From NCBI GenBank assembly GCA_964636545.1, contig CAZWSR010000003.1, positions 13,847-77,846 of the forward strand: a stretch of DNA of 64,000 nt, read 5' to 3'. Of this stretch, positions 20,237 to 30,391 are shown one piece after another. This DNA is from Candidatus Undinarchaeota archaeon (lineage in GTDB: Archaea; Undinarchaeota; Undinarchaeia; Undinarchaeales; UBA543). Both the position numbers and the translations under genes were made by a program. Under the pieces are notes generated by a model. It was not told where the DNA came from. It did no database searches and saw nothing but the letters and a program-made list of their open reading frames with translations. The stretch's first letter is position 1; every line of letters starts with the position of its first letter.

Positions 20237-21568
20237 TTTTTTGTCAAGCTGAAGGCGCTGACCATTTTGGAGAATGTGCATTGTTTCTCCAAGCAAATAT
20301 TTGTCATCCCGTCTCTCTGAAGCGAGCTTAGCATAAGAACTTAATTTATCCAATCCACCGTGACAAGGTATCACATGATCTGGGTTTAGCATTGTAAGAA
20401 GATCTCGATGATCCTCTTTTCCAGCGTGTCCACTAACATGCACATCTCGGAAAATTCGGGCTCCATAGAATTGTAATTTTCTTTCAAGAATATCTCGATT
20501 TGCAATATTACTTGGATTAGGAATTGTACTGCAGGAGAAAATAACCTCATCCCCTGGATCAATTTTGTATTCATATTCGCCATTAGCAATTCTGGAAAGA
20601 ACAGCATTTGGCTCACCCTGACCACCAGTAACCACAAAGATGTAGTCCTTTTTGTTTTTGGCTGCTTCATTCAAAGCTTTCTTTCGTCCTTTGCTTCTGC
20701 CATAAATTTCAAATTCTGTAAAGTCACGGATCCCACAATTCTGCGCAACTTTCATGTATTTTGACATTGAGCTTCCGCAGAAAACAATCTGTCTTCCAAG
20801 TTTTTTGCCAACTTCCAAAATAGAATTTAGACGCTCAATGTGTGAGCTGAAACAAGTAACAAGAATCCCATTATTGTCATTCAGTGTCTCAGTCATTGTG
20901 TCATTTAGCATTTGTTTTGCAACAACTTCTGACGGAGTTTTGCTAGGATCATCAGCCCTAACAGATTCCACAATCATTGCTTTGACACCTTCTTTCCCCA
21001 GCTTCTGAAGACGCTTGTAATCTGGTGGTTTTTCAAGAGCCTGATAATTATCAAATTTGTAATCATTGGCGTAGAAAACAACTCCTTCAGCTGTGTGAAG
21101 TGCAGTGAAAGTTGTTTGTGGAGTTGAGTGAGTTACATGCAAAAATTCAACAGCAAGATCACCAAGCTCCATCACTTCTCCAAATTGCATTTCAACAAAT
21201 TTAGTTGGCTTTTCCCGCTCTTCTTTTAGGTTTTCCTTGAGGATGCCAAGAGTAAATGGTGTTCCAACAATTGGCGCATTATATTTTTTAGCTAGTTTTC
21301 CAATTGCACCAATATGGTCAAGGTGAGCATGTGAAGCAATAATTGCAGAGACCTGACCGCGATATTTGTCAAGAACTGTGTCGTCAGGAACCACACCCAT
21401 GCGAGTAAGTTCTGGCTCGCCCAAAGCTTCTACAGATTCACCCCAAAGAAGGAGCTTATCCAAGGCAATTCCCATGTCCATAATAACGACTTGGTCATCA
21501 ACCTTAACTGCGGTCATATTTTGTCCAACTTCTTCATAACCGCCTACAGCGAAAATTTCTATTGTCAT
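20228..21568 (-). CDS. rnj: RNase J (MBL/beta-CASP)
   Basis: GGYEEVGQNMT, SHAHLDHIG, HST, SSHIERL, TGGQGEP, HVSGH, PCHG. Confidence 0.93.
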   Translation of the reverse strand: MTIEIFAVGGYEEVGQNMTAVKVDDQVVIMDMGIALDKLLLWGESVEALGEPELTRMGVVPDDTVLDKYRGQVSAIIASHAHLDHIGAIGKLAKKYNAPIVGTPFTLGILKENLKEEREKPTKFVEMQFGEVMELGDLAVEFLHVTHSTPQTTFTALHTAEGVVFYANDYKFDNYQALEKPPDYKRLQKLGKEGVKAMIVESVRADDPSKTPSEVVAKQMLNDTMTETLNDNNGILVTCFSSHIERLNSILEVGKKLGRQIVFCGSSMSKYMKVAQNCGIRDFTEFEIYGRSKGRKKALNEAAKNKKDYIFVVTGGQGEPNAVLSRIANGEYEYKIDPGDEVIFSCSTIPNPSNIANRDILERKLQFYGARIFRDVHVSGHAGKEDHRDLLTMLNPDHVIPCHGGLDKLSSYAKLASERRDDKYLLGETMHILQNGQRLQLDKKLE

Positions 21569-21619
21569 AATTGCAGATAACTGTTGTGGGTTTATAAAAG
21601 TATGCCAACTAATGCAAGT

Positions 21620-22465
21620 TTACTCAAAAATTACACTACCATATCCAACAACTTTTGTCAAGTCTTTTGTTGTATCTCCAGAAGTTGCGTATTTTAGCAA
21701 ATGACCGGTCTGTGCATGTCTGCTTTGCGCATAAGACATTGCAGAAATTATTGGACCTTTGCCGCAGATGCTTGGTTTCTTCGCTGTCAAGTATTGGTTG
21801 AATCCGAAAATATCTAATGCTTCAATTTTCTGAAGAGCTCCAGAATCCATTGCCTCGGCCTGTTTTTGAGTAATGTAATGCGAGAAATCAGTACTTGCAA
21901 TAACTGTAACTTTCTTTTTTTCACAAACTTTTGCAATTGCATCCCCAAGCTCTTGAGCCACATTTAGTTCATGTCTGGCCATGCAAATTGGAACAATTTT
22001 GAACTTCTTTGTTTTCTGAACATGTTGTAAGAAAGGTAATTGAACTTCAATTGAATGCTCGTATAGGTGCGCTGCTTCTTCAATATCAATGGTTCCGGTT
22101 TCATCAACTAAATCTTGAGCAATCTTGTCATCAATTTTAATTTGACCAAGTGGAGTTGCCCATGCACCTGCTCCACTAATTGAAATTGGGGCTCCCTGGC
22201 CAGTGTGATTTGGACCTAGTATAATATATGTATCAGCCTGCTGGCTGTATTTTATTACATTGTAAAAGTGCGCAGCAACAGGACCAGAGTAGGTATAACC
22301 AGCATGAGGCGCAATACCTGCAGTAACCATTGGGAACTTTTTAGAAGGTGCTTTCTTAAGAATTCCTGGACCTAGCTTTGACTTAAAACAAGCATCCAAT
22401 TGCTTAACAAGCTCAGGTTTTGTGCCAGCATAAAACTGGCCAGCGACTGCCGGTGCTCTTACCAT
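21620..22465 (-). CDS. MEMO1 family / AmmeMemoRadiSam protein B
   Basis: RAPAVAGQFY, PHAGYTYSG, GPNHTG, EHSIEVQLPFLQ, STDFSHY, VVGY. Confidence 0.92.
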   Translation of the reverse strand: MVRAPAVAGQFYAGTKPELVKQLDACFKSKLGPGILKKAPSKKFPMVTAGIAPHAGYTYSGPVAAHFYNVIKYSQQADTYIILGPNHTGQGAPISISGAGAWATPLGQIKIDDKIAQDLVDETGTIDIEEAAHLYEHSIEVQLPFLQHVQKTKKFKIVPICMARHELNVAQELGDAIAKVCEKKKVTVIASTDFSHYITQKQAEAMDSGALQKIEALDIFGFNQYLTAKKPSICGKGPIISAMSYAQSRHAQTGHLLKYATSGDTTKDLTKVVGYGSVIFE

Positions 22466-22522
22466 GCTAAGTTTTGTAAAAATAATGATTTATAAGTTTA
22501 TCCAATGGGTTAAATTGGTTCG

Positions 22523-22552
22523 GGTAGTAGGCAGGGGGCAGGGGGTAGTAGG
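22523..22552. repeat. 7-nt array, family B (half element)
   Basis: GGTAGTA GGCAGGG GGCAGGG GGTAGTA GG. Confidence 0.8.
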
Positions 22553-22591
22553 ATTAGGAAAAGGTTTATACTAAAAAAACAAACAGAGATT

Positions 22592-22942
22592 GTGAAAATA
22601 AAAAAAGTAAAAGATGTTGAAGATTTTAAAAAAGGCGATGAGGTTCTTGTAATACATGAAAGTAAGTTTCCATCAATGAGATTTATGTTTCATGGAAAAT
22701 TCTTGGACATTAATAGAGGAATAAAAGTAAAGGGAGCTGACAAAAAAGGAGAAGGATGGATACGGTTCACAGACATTATTCAACTGCCACTGACAACCTT
22801 TCTGGGGGACGAAAAAAGAATTAAGCATATAGTAAAGATTCTGAGAAAACTTGAAGACCCAAAACATCCGCGTGAGAAAGGGCCAAAAGGATACCATCTA
22901 AGTATTACTAAAAAAGGTTGGACTGCTTACAAAATAAGTTAA
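22592..22942 (+). CDS. hypothetical basic protein
   Basis: 116 aa ORF, GTG start, TATA-like TTTATA upstream. Confidence 0.55.
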   Translation: MKIKKVKDVEDFKKGDEVLVIHESKFPSMRFMFHGKFLDINRGIKVKGADKKGEGWIRFTDIIQLPLTTFLGDEKRIKHIVKILRKLEDPKHPREKGPKGYHLSITKKGWTAYKIS

Positions 22943-23602
22943 TTATTCTTCTTCAGGAAAATCTTCAAATTCTTCAACAGTGTATTTGAAAGCATCTGCT
23001 TTCTTGATTTTTCCCTGCTTCAACATAACTTCCCTTGCCAATAACCAGAAAATCATTGACAAAGATTTCTTTCCCTTGTTGTTGCATGGGATTATGAAAT
23101 CAATATTCTGAGTCATGTTATTTGAATCGCAAAGTGAAATAATTGGAATATTCATTTTCAAAGCTTCCATTAATGCCTGTCTGTCTGCTCCTGGATCAAT
23201 AATGAAAATTAATTCTGGCTCAGTGTATTTTACATAAGCAGGATTTGTCAAACTACCTGGCATGAATCTTGTAATAATTGGAGTTGCTCCAATCAAATCA
23301 CAGAATTTTTTAATAGCTGGCCTGCCAACATCACGAGCACAAACTACCATGATTTTTTCTGGCTTGTAATTAGCGAGCATATTTGAAGCTGTCTTAAGTC
23401 TGCGATCAATTTCAGAAACATCAAGAACTGACAAACCATCTGGCCTAACTTTGTAAATGAATTTTGCCATGTCATTTAGCTTTCGCTGTGTGCCAATATG
23501 AACTCCAGCAGACAAGTACTTGTCCAAAGGAACTAGAGTATCTTGTGCCGGTAGTGCGTCTTCTTTTGGCGCTTCTTCTTTGGTTTTTGGTTCTTCTGTC
23601 AT
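22943..23602 (-). CDS. rps2: 30S ribosomal protein uS2
   Basis: YLSAGVHIGT, RFMPGSLTNP, IPCNNKG. Confidence 0.96.
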   Translation of the reverse strand: MTEEPKTKEEAPKEDALPAQDTLVPLDKYLSAGVHIGTQRKLNDMAKFIYKVRPDGLSVLDVSEIDRRLKTASNMLANYKPEKIMVVCARDVGRPAIKKFCDLIGATPIITRFMPGSLTNPAYVKYTEPELIFIIDPGADRQALMEALKMNIPIISLCDSNNMTQNIDFIIPCNNKGKKSLSMIFWLLAREVMLKQGKIKKADAFKYTVEEFEDFPEEE

Positions 23603-23620
23603 TTTGGTTTTTGGTTAAAT

Positions 23621-23678
23621 GTATCGGGCATCTGGCTTCGGGTATCAGGCCTGATACCTGATGCCTGTTACCTGATCC
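23621..23678. repeat. inverted 7-nt arrays (hairpin), family C, overlapping the enolase stop
   Basis: GTATCGG GCATCTG GCTTCGG GTATCAG GC CTGATAC CTGATGC CTGTTAC CTGATCC; perfect palindrome 23641-23658. Confidence 0.88.
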
Positions 23679-24900
23679 CTATTTTGCCCATCCCAGCTTC
23701 TGTTTTTTCAGCGATTCTGAGTAGCTCATCGAGCTTTGCAATTCGTTCTCCCCCAGTCACGCCGCACTTAATGATAGGTGCGGAAAAGCCAACAGCAATA
23801 TGAGATATTGATGTATCTGTAGTCTCACCAGAACGATGTGACACCACAGGAGTGTACATATTCTCAATAGCCGTGTTTATAACCTTTTCTGTATCTGTGA
23901 GTGAGCCGATTTGATTTGGTTTTACAATTATAGAATTAGCTGATTTTTGCTTTATGCACTTGTCAAAAATCTTCGGATTGGTGACAGTTAGGTCATCTGC
24001 AACAACCAAACATTGATTTCCAACCCTTTTTGTAAGCTCAGCAAATGACTTAAAATCGGCCTCATGAAACGGATCTTCAAGATAGAAAATTCCAAAATGG
24101 TCAACAAGTTGTTCCATATAATCAATTTGTTCTGCAGGAGTTTTCTTAACTCCATTCTTGTAAACATAAGCTTCTTTGTCAGCATTCCAGAACTGAGTTG
24201 CTGCTAAATCCAGACCAGATTTGACTGTAAAACCAACTTGGTCAGATGTCTTAATACAAGCTGCAACCAAGATTTCAAGAGCTTCATCATTATCCATTTG
24301 CGGAGCCCAGCCACCTTCATCATTTCTACCTTTTGTGAAATTCGGAATTTTTGATTTAATAAGCTCAAGCACGATCTTGTGTGCGGTTTCATTCGCCATT
24401 ACTGCATCATGAATATTATCTGCACCAGTTGGGATGACAAGATATTCCTGGAAATCAGGACTTCCTTTTCCAGCATGCGCACCCCCGCCAATCACATTTC
24501 CAAGCGGAAACGGCATTGTGTAATTATTTGTTTTTGTGAAAATTTCAAAAAAATCTTTTCCATCAACTTCTGCTTTCAGCTTGCCAACAGCCATTGACAA
24601 CGCAACTGCAAGATTGCCCCCAAGCAATGAAAAACCAGGATCAAGCTCCTTGAATTTTGAATCAACTTGATGAAAATCAGCAGAAATATTTACAAACTTT
24701 TCAGCATAAGAATCATTGAATCGCTTAACTGCTGCTGCAACTCCTTGCTTTGGAAATGCAATAACTTCATTGGATCCAGTTGATGCACCAGAAGGCGCTG
24801 CCGCGATTGCACTTTGTTTTCCAGCCCAGACCTCAACTTCAATTGTTGGGTTTCCACGTGAATCAATTATTTCTCTTGCATGTAATTTTGTAATAGGCAT
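23668..24900 (-). CDS. eno: enolase
   Basis: REIIDSRGNPTIEVE, PSGASTG, GGGAHA, VKPNQIG, SHRSGET; start MPITKLH at 24900. Confidence 0.95.
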   Translation of the reverse strand: MPITKLHAREIIDSRGNPTIEVEVWAGKQSAIAAAPSGASTGSNEVIAFPKQGVAAAVKRFNDSYAEKFVNISADFHQVDSKFKELDPGFSLLGGNLAVALSMAVGKLKAEVDGKDFFEIFTKTNNYTMPFPLGNVIGGGAHAGKGSPDFQEYLVIPTGADNIHDAVMANETAHKIVLELIKSKIPNFTKGRNDEGGWAPQMDNDEALEILVAACIKTSDQVGFTVKSGLDLAATQFWNADKEAYVYKNGVKKTPAEQIDYMEQLVDHFGIFYLEDPFHEADFKSFAELTKRVGNQCLVVADDLTVTNPKIFDKCIKQKSANSIIVKPNQIGSLTDTEKVINTAIENMYTPVVSHRSGETTDTSISHIAVGFSAPIIKCGVTGGERIAKLDELLRIAEKTEAGMGKIGIR

Positions 24901-24956
24901 GAAAAAGAGTAGGCTGTTCGTTATATAAATACGTTGAGTTCGTTGATATTTTTTCA

Positions 24957-25023
24957 GGGGCTCCGGGGCGCAGGGGCTCAGTAGATCCGTACGGCGCTCC
25001 GGCTCCACGGATTCACGGCTCCC
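24957..25023. repeat. inverted GC-rich 8-nt arrays (hairpin), family A
   Basis: GGGGCTCC GGGGCGCA GGGGCTCA GTAGATCC gta CGGCGCTC CGGCTCCA CGGATTCA CGGCTCCC. Confidence 0.88.
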
Positions 25024-25109
25024 ATTATCAAATTTAACCAATAATAAAACTTATAAACCCAACAATCAACACTTAACCAAGCAATTTTAAGAGTTTTAAA
25101 ACTTTAAAG

Positions 25110-25754
25110 GTGAGAATATTGGAAAAAAAAGATATGGAAAAATATTTGAAAGGGACAACCACTGTTGGTTTTACATGCACTGACGGTGTCGTAATGGCTT
25201 CTGATAGCAGAGCAACAATGGGCTTCATGATAGCTGACAAAAATGCCCGAAAAATATATGCAATTGATGACAAGATCGCAATCACAACAGCTGGAATGGT
25301 TGGCGACAACCAAATGCTTGTTCGATTAATGAAAGCACAACTTGCGCTTTACAAAATGGATGGAAAACCAATAACAGTAAAGGCAGCAACCACATTACTT
25401 TCAAATGTACTGCACCAAAATCGCTTTTACCCAATGTATGTACAGAACATAATTGGCGGATTTGATACAAAAGGAAGAATATTTGAATTGGATATGGCAG
25501 GCGGAATGGGTGAGAAAGATATATCATCCACAGGATCCGGCTCCCCAACAGCATACGGTGTTCTTGAAAATGATTGGAAAAAAGGAATGACTGTAGACGA
25601 AGGTGTTCACCTTGGTGTAAAATGTATCCACACTGCTTTGGAACGAGATGCAGCAACAGGAAACAATGTTCGCGTAATGAAAATAACTGCAAACGGAGTT
25701 GAAGAAGTTTCAAAAGAAACAATTGCACAAATAAGAACTGAGTTAGCAAAATAA
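25110..25754 (+). CDS. psmB: proteasome subunit beta
   Basis: Propeptide then G/TTTVG, DSRATMG, TGSGS; start may be 25119 or 25134. Confidence 0.95.
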   Translation: MRILEKKDMEKYLKGTTTVGFTCTDGVVMASDSRATMGFMIADKNARKIYAIDDKIAITTAGMVGDNQMLVRLMKAQLALYKMDGKPITVKAATTLLSNVLHQNRFYPMYVQNIIGGFDTKGRIFELDMAGGMGEKDISSTGSGSPTAYGVLENDWKKGMTVDEGVHLGVKCIHTALERDAATGNNVRVMKITANGVEEVSKETIAQIRTELAK

Positions 25755-25758
25755 AGAA

Positions 25759-25825
25759 TCGTTTTTAGTCTTTCGTTATTCGTTTTTAGTAAACGAACAA
25801 CGAGAAACCAATAACGAATAACAAG
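25759..25825. repeat. inverted 7-nt arrays (hairpin), family E
   Basis: TCGTTTT TAGTCTT TCGTTAT TCGTTTT TAGT AAACGAA CAACGAG AAACCAA TAACGAA TAACAAG. Confidence 0.85.
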
Positions 25826-25863
25826 ATAATAATCACGTTTTCAAAATTTAGGAGAATAATATA

Positions 25864-27774
25864 ATGACAGTATTTCTTGACGAAATTCAGGAGAATATCC
25901 CAAAACCAGCACAAGTAGAGAAAGTGCAGCTAGAGGGATCTAAAATTGTAATTTATGCAAAAAAACTAGATTACTTTAGTGCAAATCCAGAAATTGTCAA
26001 AAACATTGTTGGAAAATACAAAAAGCGCGTTGATGTACGAGCAGATGTTACTGTTCTAACAGATGTTGAAAAAGCTAAAAAAACAATAATGGATATTGTT
26101 CCAAAAGAAGCAGAAATCACAGAAATTATTTTCATGAGCGATGTGAGTCGAGTTATAATTGAAGCAAAGAAACCAGGGCTTGTTATTGGAAAAGCAGGAA
26201 CAACATTGCGAGAAATCAAAAAAGAGATAAAATGGTCTCCACGTGTTGAGCGAACTCCCGTGATTCCATCAAAAATCATACAAACAATAAGGCATGTTCT
26301 TTATACTGGTGGAGCAGACAGATCAAAATTCCTAGCATCACTTGGAAGAAAAGTCAGGCCGAAAACAATTGGACCAGATGGAGATGAAGGTGACAAGTGG
26401 ATTAGAGTAACATCACTTGGAGGTTTCAGAGAAGTTGGCCGCAGTGCAGTGCTTTTGCAAACACAGGACAGCAAAGTTTTGATGGATTGTGGAGTTAATG
26501 TAGCAGCGCACGGCTCAAATGCATTCCCATATTTGAATGCCCCAGAATTTGATTTGAAAACACTGGATGCAATTGTTGTAACCCACGCCCACCTTGACCA
26601 CTCAGGATTTATTCCATATTTGTACAAGTACGGTTATGACGGACCGGTTTACTGCACACCAGGAACACGGGACTTAATGACCTTGCTACAGCTTGATTAT
26701 GTTGATATTGCACAGCGAGAAGGAAAGAAAATCCCTTACTCTAAAAAAGAAATTCAAGAAGTTATCAAACACACAATAACATTAGATTATGAAGAAGTTA
26801 CTGACATAACACAGGACTGCAGACTTACACTTTATCCAGCAGGACACATTCTTGGATCTTCAATGGCACACATACATATTGGTGAGGGGCTTCATAATAT
26901 TATTTACACTGGAGATATTAAATTTGAAAACACTAACCTACTTCAGGGAGCAGCAAGCAATTTCCCTCGTCTTGAAACATTGATTATGGAGAGTACATAC
27001 GGTGGAAAGAATGACATGCAAGCTCCACGACAAGATGCAGAGACAAAACTTGCCGATGTTTTAAAAGAAACAATTGCAAGGAAAGGAAAAGTTTTGATTC
27101 CAGTTCTTGCTGTTGGACGTGCACAGGAAGTTATGATTGTTCTTGAAAGACTTGCTCGACAGAAAAAAGTTGGAGACTTCAATATTTATCTAGATGGCAT
27201 GATTTGGGATGCAACAGCAATCCACACAGCTTATCCAGAATACTTATCACGAAACCTAAGACAACAGATATTCCACGATGACAAGAATCCGTTTATGTCT
27301 GGAGTTTTCAAGAGAGTTGGCGGAAAGAAAGAACGTGAGGAATTAATAGAGCATGGAGATCCTTGTGTAATTTTGGCAACATCTGGTATGCTTGCTGGCG
27401 GTCCGTCAGTTGAGTATTTCAGACGCTTTGCTGAAAGTGCAAAGAATTCTATTGTATTTGTGTCATATCAGGCAGAAGGCTCACTTGGAAAAAGGATACA
27501 GAAAGGTTTCAAGCAAATTACACTGGAAAACGGAAAAGGGCAGAATGAAATTGTTAATATGAAAATGCCTGTTCACACAATTGATGGTTTCTCAGGTCAC
27601 AGTGACCGAAGATCTTTAATGAATTTTGTTGGAAAACTGAATCCAAAACCAGACAGAGTGCTGGTAAATCACGGAGATAATATGAAATGTTTGGATTTAG
27701 CAAGTTCTTTGCATAAGGCCTACAAGGTTGACACTTATGCTCCAAAGAATTTAGAGACAATTAGGTTGCGGTAA
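25864..27774 (+). CDS. fttA: beta-CASP ribonuclease aCPSF1 / termination factor FttA
   Basis: KH domains (KPGLVIGK), GGFREVGRS, HAHLDHSG, AGHILGS, GFSGHSD, NLETIRLR; next to psmB as usual. Confidence 0.95.
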   Translation: MTVFLDEIQENIPKPAQVEKVQLEGSKIVIYAKKLDYFSANPEIVKNIVGKYKKRVDVRADVTVLTDVEKAKKTIMDIVPKEAEITEIIFMSDVSRVIIEAKKPGLVIGKAGTTLREIKKEIKWSPRVERTPVIPSKIIQTIRHVLYTGGADRSKFLASLGRKVRPKTIGPDGDEGDKWIRVTSLGGFREVGRSAVLLQTQDSKVLMDCGVNVAAHGSNAFPYLNAPEFDLKTLDAIVVTHAHLDHSGFIPYLYKYGYDGPVYCTPGTRDLMTLLQLDYVDIAQREGKKIPYSKKEIQEVIKHTITLDYEEVTDITQDCRLTLYPAGHILGSSMAHIHIGEGLHNIIYTGDIKFENTNLLQGAASNFPRLETLIMESTYGGKNDMQAPRQDAETKLADVLKETIARKGKVLIPVLAVGRAQEVMIVLERLARQKKVGDFNIYLDGMIWDATAIHTAYPEYLSRNLRQQIFHDDKNPFMSGVFKRVGGKKEREELIEHGDPCVILATSGMLAGGPSVEYFRRFAESAKNSIVFVSYQAEGSLGKRIQKGFKQITLENGKGQNEIVNMKMPVHTIDGFSGHSDRRSLMNFVGKLNPKPDRVLVNHGDNMKCLDLASSLHKAYKVDTYAPKNLETIRLR

Positions 27775-27818
27775 AAGCTCACCGCTAACCCCTAATTCCC
27801 GAAAAATTTAATCCAATT

Positions 27819-28262
27819 TTAAGCTAATGGATTTGTTTCTGCTGGCTCTTCAGGTAGTGGACTCAAATCAGATGGCCCAACACTAACAGGTTCCATTCCA
27901 GCTCGTGCAATTCTGACACTTGGAGGTGTAATAACAATTATATCCTCTTTAATGCCTGCAATATCGCCGCCAATGGCTGAAGTTGTTCGCTGAATACGCT
28001 TCAAAGCTCGTTTTAGTTCCATTTTCTCTTGAACTAAAGAAGGCTTGACCTTAAGCACAACAACATTAGAACGGTCACGAAGATGTGCAAGGATACCCTC
28101 TACATCAGTGAACTCGTTTAGTGAAAGAACACGCAAAACATGTGCAGAATCTGCTTTTCCACCTTTCCAGTCTAGCTCGAGATACTTTGGCTCGCGCGAA
28201 ACATGAGTAGGTGCTCTGGCGCCTACACTTGGTTTAAGTATTTTATCTAGTAATCTCCTCAT
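27819..28262 (-). CDS. sepF: cell division protein SepF
   Basis: N-terminal amphipathic helix, ELKRALKRI...GGDIAGI..D.IVITPP. Confidence 0.85.
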   Translation of the reverse strand: MRRLLDKILKPSVGARAPTHVSREPKYLELDWKGGKADSAHVLRVLSLNEFTDVEGILAHLRDRSNVVVLKVKPSLVQEKMELKRALKRIQRTTSAIGGDIAGIKEDIIVITPPSVRIARAGMEPVSVGPSDLSPLPEEPAETNPLA

Positions 28263-28327
28263 TATAACTCCCCTCGGACTTAATGTGTTAGCGTGTTTGT
28301 TTATATATTTTTCTCCAGTGAACTATG

Positions 28328-28594
28328 TCACTTCTTGTTATTACCACTTAATGACTCAACCATGCTCAATGCTTGGTAAATGAACGTTCTTGTGCTCATA
28401 TCAATGTTTGAGTCACCTGCCATATCCTCAAGATGCTGGAGTGCCTTGTTCTTTCTAGCCTCAATTGAATCGCCATTGTCCTGCAGAACTTTTGAAACTG
28501 TTTCAGCTCGTGTACGGACATTTTGTGGAAGATAAGTATCCTCCGAAAGCTCAGACAAATTCTCAACAATCTGATTTAGAACAGAAACACTCAT
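28328..28594 (-). CDS. UPF0147 family protein
   Basis: D..LPQNVR, DSNIDMSTRT...SMVES. Confidence 0.8.
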   Translation of the reverse strand: MSVSVLNQIVENLSELSEDTYLPQNVRTRAETVSKVLQDNGDSIEARKNKALQHLEDMAGDSNIDMSTRTFIYQALSMVESLSGNNKK

Positions 28595-29571
28595 TTTGAA
28601 ACGCGCTCCTTGATTATTTGAACTGCTTTTTCCAATGCTGCATCGATATTTTGTGTGTTCTTGCCATTAACACCAGCAGCATTTGGATGACCGCTTCCAG
28701 TTCCTTCAATAATTTTAGATAGCTCTGGAGCAATATCTGTTCCTAAGTTTATCCCAGTTGCATCTGAAAATGAACTTTTAGATCGCATACTTATCCGAAC
28801 TTCCTTGTCCTTGTGAGCAGCTGCGATTGCAACATCAGCTCCGCTTCTTAAAAGAGCGCGGGCAGTTGCTGCTTCAAATGTTCCAACAACTGTTGTAACA
28901 ACTAAAAACTCAGAAACGCGAGTTGTCTGAAGACGTTGCATTCCTTTTAGAACAGCGATTCTCTCAGAAACATCAGGAACTAGTGAAAGAGTTTCCATTA
29001 TTTCTTTTGGCTCAATATTGTGCTCTTTCATCAAAGTAGTAATCATCTCAAAAGTTGAAACCTTTGCAAATCGGAAGTGAGCAGTGTCAGTCACCATTCC
29101 AAGAATAAGAGCAAGAGCTGTTTTTCGATTAAGCTCATAACCAAGAAGAGGCACTAGCTTGTAAACAAGCTCAGTTGTGCTAACTGCATTTACATCAACG
29201 ATTTTTTCATCAGCAGTTATTGATTCGCCTTGGATTGCATGATGATCAATAACAACTCGTGGGATTTTTGAATTTAAAACAGTATTAGAGTAAGAAGACA
29301 ATTGTCCCGGAGTTGAAGTATCAACTAAAATAACAAGATCGCAATCTAGTGGTGGGCTTTTAACAAACTCAGCACCTAGGCTAGACATTACTTTTTTGGA
29401 AAGCTTGCTGATACTTTCTGCAAAACCGATAACAGTCTCGCAACCCAAACTTTTCAGTGCTTCTGAAAGAACATAAGCGGACCCAACTGCGTCAGGATCA
29501 GCATTATGATGTCCAATAATAACTACTTTTTTTCCAGAATACTGTTTGAGAAAATCAGCGATTTTTTCCAT
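28591..29571 (-). CDS. DHH/DHHA1 phosphoesterase (NrnA-like)
   Basis: HHNADPDAVGS, VDT, IDHH, TDT..F, GSGHPNAAG. Confidence 0.9.
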   Translation of the reverse strand: MEKIADFLKQYSGKKVVIIGHHNADPDAVGSAYVLSEALKSLGCETVIGFAESISKLSKKVMSSLGAEFVKSPPLDCDLVILVDTSTPGQLSSYSNTVLNSKIPRVVIDHHAIQGESITADEKIVDVNAVSTTELVYKLVPLLGYELNRKTALALILGMVTDTAHFRFAKVSTFEMITTLMKEHNIEPKEIMETLSLVPDVSERIAVLKGMQRLQTTRVSEFLVVTTVVGTFEAATARALLRSGADVAIAAAHKDKEVRISMRSKSSFSDATGINLGTDIAPELSKIIEGTGSGHPNAAGVNGKNTQNIDAALEKAVQIIKERVSK

Positions 29572-29575
29572 TATC

Positions 29576-29944
29576 TTATTCAGACTTTTTTTCTGGTGCG
29601 CCAGGAAGAATTCCCTGTAACCTGTCCTGAATGGACTTCAAGTTGTTTGTAAGCTTTTCTTCTTGGGAAGAAAGTGACTTCATACGAACTTCAAGAGAAT
29701 CAACTTTTTCCTTTAATTCACCAGAGATGGTTGCCTTGTCAGTTTTGATAAGGATTTGTCCAACAATCTTGTGAACTTCGGATTTATCATCTGTTTTCTC
29801 AAGTTCTTCCAGTGCAGATTGTGCTTCCTTTAATTGGATTTCTGCTTGGTATTTCTGAGACATAATCATTCGAGCCTGTTGCTGGCCTTCTTGAAATTCT
29901 CTTAGTTTGTCCTGAATATCAGGAGACATTTTTTCTTCAGTCAT
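29576..29944 (-). CDS. pfdB: prefoldin subunit beta
   Basis: Coiled coils around VHKIVGQILIK; superoperon position. Confidence 0.92.
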   Translation of the reverse strand: MTEEKMSPDIQDKLREFQEGQQQARMIMSQKYQAEIQLKEAQSALEELEKTDDKSEVHKIVGQILIKTDKATISGELKEKVDSLEVRMKSLSSQEEKLTNNLKSIQDRLQGILPGAPEKKSE

Positions 29945-29958
29945 TTTTGTTTATCCTC

Positions 29959-30030
29959 TTGGTTAAGGTTTCAGCCCTCGGCCATCAGCCATCAGTTCCT
30001 GAGGGCTGACTGCTGACTGCTGATACCTGT
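29959..30030. repeat. inverted 7-nt arrays (hairpin), family D
   Basis: TCAGCCC TCGGCCA TCAGCCA TCAG ttc CTGAGG GCTGACT GCTGACT GCTGATA. Confidence 0.88.
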
Positions 30031-30246
30031 TTATTCCAACCCCTCCGCAACTTGAACAAGCCGCAGGTAAGAGTTAAGCGCTGCTTTGAGCGCAGCAACA
30101 TCAGTTGCCTCTATGTTGAACACGAGTTTGTTACCAGATGCAGATGCTTTTACTGAAAAGCGATTAGCATCTTCCATATCTGGTTTTAGTGAGTCAATTA
30201 CTCTCTGTGGATTTTCTGTTTCGATATTAACCTGTGCAGTAATCAT
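30031..30246 (-). CDS. pcc1: KEOPS complex subunit Pcc1
   Basis: SLKPD, IEATDVAALKAALNSYLR; superoperon position; start MITAQV. Confidence 0.85.
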   Translation of the reverse strand: MITAQVNIETENPQRVIDSLKPDMEDANRFSVKASASGNKLVFNIEATDVAALKAALNSYLRLVQVAEGLE

Positions 30247-30247
30247 T

Positions 30248-30391
30248 TTAACGGGATGAAACTTTGCAAGCAACAGGTTGTCTAACCTTGAAGAAAATCT
30301 TGTAACCGCATTTCACGCAGCGTATACTGCCTGAAGAATCGCGCGGTTCAGTTGTTTTTTCATGACAATTCCAGCATGTGTATTCAGCCAT
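30248..30391 (-). CDS. rpoP: RNA polymerase subunit Rpo12 (RpoP); not in the ORF track
   Basis: MAEYTCWNCH...IRCVKCGYKIFFKVRQP, 47 aa, after rpl37ae. Confidence 0.9.
   Translation of the reverse strand: MAEYTCWNCHEKTTEPRDSSGSIRCVKCGYKIFFKVRQPVACKVSSR

Noticed and set aside
24901-25041. N-terminal extension of enolase in the ORF track
   Set aside because: It is a translation of the family A hairpin and promoter; enolase similarity starts at MPITKLH (24900).
27778-27800. CTCACCG CTAACCC CTAATTC possible further heptamer family
   Set aside because: Only three degenerate units and one copy; too weak to call.
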